Assembly (NCBI GenBank): GCA_964106645.2
Contig: OZ067038.1
Source of the DNA: Podarcis pityusensis
Taxonomy: Eukaryota
DNA length: 64,000 bases
Direction: 5' to 3' (one strand)
Position 1 is the first letter of the stretch. Each line of letters opens with the position of its first letter. Made by a program: the position numbers and the translations under genes. The notes below the pieces were generated by a model. That model searched no databases, was not told where the DNA came from, and was given only the letters and a program-made list of their open reading frames with translations. Below are positions 62,701 through 64,000 of this stretch, in pieces.

Positions 62701-64000
62701 CATCAATGGTGGTTCTGAAGTAACAAATTATGTCATTGACAAAAGAGATGCCACAAAGAGAGCATGGTCCTCTGTTACAGCCAAGTGCTCTAATACATCA
62801 TTTAAGATAACTGACTTGTCAGAGAAGATCCCATACTTCTTCCGTGTTCTTGCAGAAAATGAAAATGGATTGGGTGAACCATGTGAAACTTCAGAACCAG
62901 TGAAAGCAGCAGAAGTCCCTGGACCTGTACGGGATCTGGCCATGAAAGATTCAACAAAGACGTCTGTCACTTTACAGTGGAGCAAACCTGAATTTGATGG
63001 TGGTAGTATCATAACTGATTACGTTATTGAGAAGAAACTGAAGGATGAACATGAATGGTCATATGCAGGGGCAAGTAAAGCATGCGAATTTGAAGTTGAA
63101 AAACTTAAGGAGCTTTCTGTTATGGAGTTCAGAGTTTCTGCAAAGAATGAAAAAGGAAGAAGTGATTTTTCTGTAATTGGACCCATTACAGTGAAAGACT
63201 ATGTAATAACACCTGAAGCAGACCTTTCTGATATACCTGGAGGACAAGTAACAGTGAGAATAGGTTATAATGTACATGTTGAATTACCATATAAGGGAAA
63301 GCCCAAGCCAACTATGAGCTGGCTGAAAGACAACATTCCTCTTAAAGAAAGTGAACAGGTTCGCTTCAAGAAAACTGAAAACAAAATAACTTTAAGCATT
63401 AAGAATGTGAAAAAAGAAAATGGTGGCAAATATACCTTAATTCTTGATAATGGTGTTCACAGGAAGTCATTCCCAATCACAGTTATAACACTTGGCCCAC
63501 CATCTAAGCCCAAGGGACCCATTAAACTAGACGAAATCAGAGCAGATAGTATGGTTCTTTCATGGGGTGTTCCTGAAGATGATGGGGGAGGAGAAATCAC
63601 TGGCTACAGCGTTGAGAAGCGTGAAACCTCACAGACCAACTGGAAAATGATCTGTTCTAGTGTGTCAAGGACAACCTTCAAAGTTCCCAACCTTGTTAAA
63701 GATGCAGAGTATCAGTTCAGAGTCCGCGCAGAAAACAGATACGGAGTGAGCCCACCACTAAACTCCATTGAGGTCATAGCAAAACACCAGTTCAAACCAC
63801 CAGGTTCACCAGGGAAGCCTGTTGTTTACAATGTGACAGCTGATGGAATGACCATATCTTGGGATGCTCCAGTCTATGACGGAGGAGCAGAAATTACTGG
63901 ATACCATGTTGAAAAGAAAGAACGAAATAGCATATTGTGGCAGAAAGTCAATTTGTCACCAATATCTAATAGAGAATACAGAATTACTGGATTAATGGAT
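512..64000 (+). CDS. TTN: Titin, I/A junction + A-band D-zone and C-zone (73 exons, partial gene)
   Basis: Tandem Fn3 (PGPP..W..P..DGGS.I..Y..E.R..W..Y.FRV.A.N..G) and I-set Ig domains in titin 7- and 11-domain super-repeat order; all introns GT-AG, exon phases consistent. Confidence 0.99.
1128..1377. mobile_element. Tc1/mariner (Tigger/pogo-like) MITE
   Basis: TA|cagtcgtaccttgga ... tccaaggtacaactg|TA, TIR 14/15, TA TSD. Confidence 0.88.
1742..1857 (+). CDS. TTN: TTN exon ~264, C-half of I/A Fn3
   Basis: tag|GGTTAAA ... CCTATTG|gtatga; [14 protein letters not shown]. Confidence 0.92.
1948..2247 (+). CDS. TTN: TTN exon ~265, I/A Fn3
   Basis: AG/GT, 300 nt; [13 protein letters not shown]. 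Confidence 0.93.
2286..2537 (+). mobile_element. tRNA-derived CORE-type SINE, Squam3-like
   Basis: Pol III box A tggtatagtggtt (2297), box B ggttcgcgtct (2341), gctgggtgaccttgggctagtcac core, L2-like 3' end, (CTT)n tail. Confidence 0.85.
2673..3043 (-). mobile_element. L2 LINE 3' fragment with expanded (TAT)n tail
   Basis: Reverse complement of 1-410 family; about (AAT)13 at 2673-2713; candidate TSD tgtttt. Confidence 0.88.
3217..3516 (+). CDS. TTN: TTN exon ~266, I/A Fn3
   Basis: AG/GT, 300 nt; [15 protein letters not shown]. Confidence 0.93.
3616..3721 (+). CDS. TTN: TTN exon ~267, N-half of I/A Fn3
   Basis: AG/GT; [34 protein letters not shown] (not in ORF track). Confidence 0.92.
3735..3838 (+). 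repeat. Degenerate L2-like 3' end followed by imperfect (GATA)n
   Basis: gtaaaccacttagagg..aagcagcatatacattt then tagatagatagaaagatagatagatacagacag. Confidence 0.45.
4000..4347 (+). mobile_element. L2 3'UTR fragment (second subfamily)
   Basis: T-rich UTR ending ttagccaccctgag..gggcggggtataaataaaaaattattattattgttgttg; 5' limit approximate. Confidence 0.65.
4397..4593 (+). CDS. TTN: TTN exon ~268, C-half of I/A Fn3
   Basis: AG/GT; [17 protein letters not shown]. Confidence 0.93.
4686..4991 (+). CDS. TTN: TTN exon ~269, last I/A Fn3
   Basis: AG/GT, 306 nt; [14 protein letters not shown]. Confidence 0.93.
5107..5385 (+). CDS. TTN: TTN exon ~270, Ig A1 (start of D1)
   Basis: AG/GT, 279 nt; [12 protein letters not shown]. 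Confidence 0.9.
5466..6150 (+). mobile_element. Probable solo LTR (Gypsy-like), degenerate
   Basis: Begins TGTCA, purine-rich body, AATAAA at 6044; 3' CA end and TSD not identified. Confidence 0.45.
5989..6097. repeat. Imperfect minisatellite of (t)tgataca / gcctgctttattgataca units
   Basis: About 7 tgatac cores visible. Confidence 0.75.
6277..6576 (+). CDS. TTN: TTN exon ~271, Fn3 A2
   Basis: AG/GT, 300 nt Fn3. Confidence 0.93.
6672..6974 (+). CDS. TTN: TTN exon ~272, Fn3 A3
   Basis: AG/GT, 303 nt Fn3. Confidence 0.93.
7076..7450 (+). CDS. TTN: TTN exon ~273, Ig A4 with charged insertion
   Basis: AG/GT, 375 nt Ig with [19 protein letters not shown] loop. Confidence 0.93.
7548..7850 (+). 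CDS. TTN: TTN exon ~274, Fn3 A5
   Basis: AG/GT, 303 nt Fn3. Confidence 0.93.
8586..8885 (+). CDS. TTN: TTN exon ~275, Fn3 A6
   Basis: AG/GT, 300 nt Fn3. Confidence 0.93.
8978..9274 (+). CDS. TTN: TTN exon ~276, Fn3 A7
   Basis: AG/GT, 297 nt Fn3. Confidence 0.93.
9367..9651 (+). CDS. TTN: TTN exon ~277, Ig A8 (start of D2)
   Basis: AG/GT, 285 nt Ig. Confidence 0.93.
9735..10028 (+). CDS. TTN: TTN exon ~278, Fn3 A9
   Basis: AG/GT, 294 nt Fn3. Confidence 0.93.
10152..10190. repeat. Alternating purine-pyrimidine (GT/GC) microsatellite
   Basis: cgtgtgtgtgtgcgcgcgtgcgcgtgcgtgcgtgcacat. Confidence 0.9.
10747..11046 (+). CDS. TTN: TTN exon ~279, Fn3 A10
   Basis: AG/GT, 300 nt Fn3. Confidence 0.93.
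11175..11483 (+). CDS. TTN: TTN exon ~280, Ig A11
   Basis: AG/GT, 309 nt Ig. Confidence 0.93.
11569..11759 (+). CDS. TTN: TTN exon ~281, N-part of Fn3 A12
   Basis: AG/GT; [23 protein letters not shown] (not in ORF track). Confidence 0.92.
12127..12527 (-). mobile_element. Old CR1 LINE 3' fragment
   Basis: cataggatcaaacagttgg..ctagtcaaatccc..ctgcttaagacctccagtga..tcctaatgttcaac..tttgttgccctcct resembles antisense CR1 3' end. Confidence 0.7.
12640..13069 (+). CDS. TTN: TTN exon ~282, end of A12 + Fn3 A13
   Basis: AG/GT, 430 nt. Confidence 0.93.
13388..13696 (+). CDS. TTN: TTN exon ~283, Fn3 A14
   Basis: AG/GT, 309 nt Fn3. Confidence 0.93.
13915..14185 (+). mobile_element. Old L2 fragment
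   Basis: [10 protein letters not shown] remnant (cf. QRAFSVVAP) followed by T-rich UTR. Confidence 0.55.
14243..14330. mobile_element. Degenerate short palindromic squamate MITE
   Basis: ggctgcaagccta..tttacccggaagaaag..gacttactactgagt..gcataag resembles recalled CAATCCTAT..ATAGGATTG MITE. Confidence 0.35.
14403..14551 (+). CDS. TTN: TTN exon ~284, N-half of Ig A15 (start of D3)
   Basis: AG/GT; [18 protein letters not shown]. Confidence 0.92.
14639..14668 (+). CDS. TTN: TTN 30-nt microexon ~285 ([10 protein letters not shown]) inside Ig A15
   Basis: pyrimidine tract + aag|GATGGA..GCTACG|gtaaaa; phase 0-0; resembles recalled human DGVHDIPEDAQ. Confidence 0.85.
14777..14906 (+). CDS. TTN: TTN exon ~286, C-half of Ig A15
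   Basis: AG/GT; [25 protein letters not shown] (not in ORF track). Confidence 0.92.
15022..15321 (+). CDS. TTN: TTN exon ~287, Fn3 A16
   Basis: AG/GT, 300 nt Fn3. Confidence 0.93.
15728..16045 (+). CDS. TTN: TTN exon ~288, Fn3 A17
   Basis: AG/GT, 318 nt Fn3. Confidence 0.92.
16090..16545. repeat. GC-richer intronic insert, probable degenerate LTR/DIRS-like fragment
   Basis: Abrupt composition shift from AT-rich intron; no TIR or TSD found. Confidence 0.3.
16624..16920 (+). CDS. TTN: TTN exon ~289, Ig A18
   Basis: AG/GT, 297 nt Ig. Confidence 0.93.
17162..17461 (+). CDS. TTN: TTN exon ~290, Fn3 A19
   Basis: AG/GT, 300 nt Fn3. Confidence 0.93.
18167..18481 (+). CDS. TTN: TTN exon ~291, Fn3 A20
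   Basis: AG/GT, 315 nt Fn3. Confidence 0.93.
18619..18767 (+). CDS. TTN: TTN exon ~292, N-half of Fn3 A21
   Basis: AG/GT, 149 nt. Confidence 0.92.
19220..19370 (+). CDS. TTN: TTN exon ~293, C-half of Fn3 A21
   Basis: AG/GT, 151 nt. Confidence 0.92.
19461..19742 (+). CDS. TTN: TTN exon ~294, Ig A22 (start of D4)
   Basis: AG/GT, 282 nt Ig. Confidence 0.93.
19835..20245 (+). mobile_element. Old L2 fragment
   Basis: LHWLPI..YKALNNL..P remnants and terminal gggtggggttatagaaat. Confidence 0.6.
20365..20667 (+). CDS. TTN: TTN exon ~295, Fn3 A23
   Basis: AG/GT, 303 nt Fn3. Confidence 0.93.
20759..21061 (+). CDS. TTN: TTN exon ~296, Fn3 A24
   Basis: AG/GT, 303 nt Fn3. Confidence 0.93.
21167..21448 (+). 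CDS. TTN: TTN exon ~297, Ig A25
   Basis: AG/GT, 282 nt Ig. Confidence 0.93.
21608..21907 (+). CDS. TTN: TTN exon ~298, Fn3 A26
   Basis: AG/GT, 300 nt Fn3. Confidence 0.93.
22030..22332 (+). CDS. TTN: TTN exon ~299, Fn3 A27
   Basis: AG/GT, 303 nt Fn3. Confidence 0.93.
22453..22761 (+). CDS. TTN: TTN exon ~300, Fn3 A28
   Basis: AG/GT, 309 nt Fn3. Confidence 0.93.
22846..23127 (+). CDS. TTN: TTN exon ~301, Ig A29 (start of D5)
   Basis: AG/GT, 282 nt Ig. Confidence 0.93.
23436..23487 (-). mobile_element. Very short L2 3' terminus
   Basis: ttattatttgtaccctgcccatctgactgggttgccc is the reverse complement of the family's terminal stem-loop. Confidence 0.6.
23723..23949. mobile_element. Tc1/mariner (Tigger/pogo-like) MITE
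   Basis: TA|cagtggtacctcggttta ... taaaccgaggcaccactg|TA, TIR 17/18. Confidence 0.9.
24012..24311 (+). CDS. TTN: TTN exon ~302, Fn3 A30
   Basis: AG/GT, 300 nt Fn3. Confidence 0.93.
24468..24761 (+). CDS. TTN: TTN exon ~303, Fn3 A31
   Basis: AG/GT, 294 nt Fn3. Confidence 0.92.
24878..27838 (+). CDS. TTN: TTN large exon ~304, domains A32-A41 (2,961 nt)
   Basis: AG/GT; Ig, 3 Fn3, Ig, 2 Fn3, Ig, 2 Fn3 in one open frame. Confidence 0.95.
27943..28263 (+). CDS. TTN: TTN exon ~305, Fn3 A42 (end of D6)
   Basis: AG/GT, 321 nt Fn3. Confidence 0.93.
28346..28630 (+). CDS. TTN: TTN exon ~306, Ig A43 (start of C-zone repeat C1)
   Basis: AG/GT, 285 nt; [17 protein letters not shown]. Confidence 0.93.
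28787..29086 (+). CDS. TTN: TTN exon ~307, Fn3 A44
   Basis: AG/GT, 300 nt Fn3. Confidence 0.93.
29393..29656. mobile_element. Tc2/pogo-type MITE (CCGTA termini)
   Basis: TA|ccatattggcctgaatataagcc ... ggcttatattcgggccaatacgg|TA, TIR 21/23, both mismatches are CpG decay. Confidence 0.9.
29826..30128 (+). CDS. TTN: TTN exon ~308, Fn3 A45
   Basis: AG/GT, 303 nt Fn3. Confidence 0.93.
30857..31682. mobile_element. Young non-autonomous hAT-type element with CpG-rich interior
   Basis: TIR cagtggcgtagcgtggg / cccacgctacgccgctg (16/17); perfect 8-bp TSD atggccag at 30849-30856 and 31683-31690. Confidence 0.9.
31588..31653. repeat. Perfect 33-bp tandem duplication in hAT subterminal region
   Basis: gggttagggggcgcaaattacttgccttgcccc x2. 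Confidence 0.95.
31936..32211 (+). CDS. TTN: TTN exon ~309, Ig A46
   Basis: AG/GT, 276 nt Ig. Confidence 0.93.
32315..32614 (+). CDS. TTN: TTN exon ~310, Fn3 A47
   Basis: AG/GT, 300 nt Fn3. Confidence 0.93.
32713..33015 (+). CDS. TTN: TTN exon ~311, Fn3 A48
   Basis: AG/GT, 303 nt Fn3. Confidence 0.93.
33339..33638 (+). CDS. TTN: TTN exon ~312, Fn3 A49
   Basis: AG/GT, 300 nt Fn3. Confidence 0.93.
33757..34044 (+). CDS. TTN: TTN exon ~313, Ig A50
   Basis: AG/GT, 288 nt Ig. Confidence 0.93.
34138..34434 (+). CDS. TTN: TTN exon ~314, Fn3 A51
   Basis: AG/GT, 297 nt Fn3. Confidence 0.93.
34525..34827 (+). CDS. TTN: TTN exon ~315, Fn3 A52
   Basis: AG/GT, 303 nt Fn3. Confidence 0.93.
34935..35240 (+). 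CDS. TTN: TTN exon ~316, Fn3 A53
   Basis: AG/GT, 306 nt Fn3. Confidence 0.93.
36014..36301 (+). CDS. TTN: TTN exon ~317, Ig A54 (start of C2)
   Basis: AG/GT, 288 nt; [15 protein letters not shown]. Confidence 0.93.
36404..36694 (+). CDS. TTN: TTN exon ~318, Fn3 A55
   Basis: AG/GT, 291 nt Fn3. Confidence 0.93.
36803..37090 (+). CDS. TTN: TTN exon ~319, Fn3 A56
   Basis: AG/GT, 288 nt Fn3. Confidence 0.93.
37289..37707 (-). mobile_element. L2 LINE 3' fragment with TSD
   Basis: Reverse complement of 1-410 family with open 105-aa frame; flanked by catacaat at 37281-37288 and 37708-37715. Confidence 0.9.
37741..38331 (+). CDS. TTN: TTN exon ~320, Ig A57 + Fn3 A58
   Basis: AG/GT, 591 nt. Confidence 0.93.
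38417..38521 (+). CDS. TTN: TTN exon ~321, N-part of Fn3 A59
   Basis: AG/GT; [34 protein letters not shown] (not in ORF track). Confidence 0.92.
39069..39266 (+). CDS. TTN: TTN exon ~322, C-part of Fn3 A59
   Basis: AG/GT, 198 nt. Confidence 0.92.
39356..39652 (+). CDS. TTN: TTN exon ~323, Fn3 A60
   Basis: AG/GT, 297 nt Fn3. Confidence 0.93.
39735..40322 (+). CDS. TTN: TTN exon ~324, Ig A61 + Fn3 A62
   Basis: AG/GT, 588 nt. Confidence 0.93.
40416..40718 (+). CDS. TTN: TTN exon ~325, Fn3 A63
   Basis: AG/GT (donor gttagt), 303 nt. Confidence 0.9.
40741..40751 (+). repeat. G11 run in 105-nt intron
   Basis: ggggggggggg. Confidence 0.9.
40824..57926 (+). CDS. TTN: TTN giant exon (orthologue of human exon 326), A64-A121, C-zone repeats C3-C7 intronless, 17,103 nt
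   Basis: 5,717-aa open frame in the track; tag|ATCCA ... ACAG|gtttgt; six related super-repeat-start Ig domains (E/D-L/I-D..LRK/MRK motif) at ~3.25-kb spacing. Confidence 0.97.
58151..58280 (+). mobile_element. Short L2 3' end
   Basis: tttagggaag..gagccgcacagagtggct..cagccagatgggcggggtataaattattatt matches the 1-410 family terminus. Confidence 0.85.
58415..58711 (+). CDS. TTN: TTN exon ~327, Fn3 A122
   Basis: AG/GT, 297 nt Fn3. Confidence 0.93.
59023..59610 (+). CDS. TTN: TTN exon ~328, Ig A123 + Fn3 A124
   Basis: AG/GT, 588 nt. Confidence 0.93.
59695..59997 (+). CDS. TTN: TTN exon ~329, Fn3 A125
   Basis: AG/GT, 303 nt Fn3. Confidence 0.92.
60126..60422 (+). CDS. TTN: TTN exon ~330, Fn3 A126
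   Basis: AG/GT, 297 nt Fn3. Confidence 0.93.
60675..60962 (+). CDS. TTN: TTN exon ~331, Ig A127
   Basis: AG/GT, 288 nt Ig. Confidence 0.93.
61064..61363 (+). CDS. TTN: TTN exon ~332, Fn3 A128
   Basis: AG/GT, 300 nt Fn3. Confidence 0.93.
61468..61770 (+). CDS. TTN: TTN exon ~333, Fn3 A129
   Basis: AG/GT, 303 nt Fn3. Confidence 0.93.
61918..62223 (+). CDS. TTN: TTN exon ~334, Fn3 A130
   Basis: AG/GT, 306 nt Fn3. Confidence 0.93.
62331..64000 (+). CDS. TTN: TTN exon ~335 (runs off window), A131-A136, start of C9
   Basis: cag|AGGAGGCA; [20 protein letters not shown]... open to the window end, so absent from the ORF track. Confidence 0.94.

Overview
Vertebrate genomic DNA holding the middle of the titin (TTN) gene on the + strand. 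I read 73 coding exons by hand from GT/AG boundaries, and they splice into one uninterrupted frame; both gene ends lie outside the window. The exons encode the Fn3 run at the I/A junction, all six 7-domain D-zone super-repeats (Ig-Fn2-Ig-Fn3), and C-zone 11-domain super-repeats C1 to part of C9. They include a 2,961-nt exon, a 17,103-nt giant exon and a 30-nt microexon. Anchoring on the two large exons gives inferred equivalence to human TTN exons ~263-335; exon and A-domain numbers are inferred from recalled human architecture. The intronic repeats (young L2 LINE 3' ends, a Squam3-like tRNA SINE, Tc1/mariner and hAT MITEs, CR1, a probable solo LTR) point to a squamate, probably a lacertid lizard (inference). 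I found no evidence for a new multi-gene system. The most unusual object is an 826-bp hAT-type element with a perfect 8-bp TSD. It carries CpG-island-like cargo and a second internal terminus, and is nested in the centre of an older palindromic MITE in a TTN intron.
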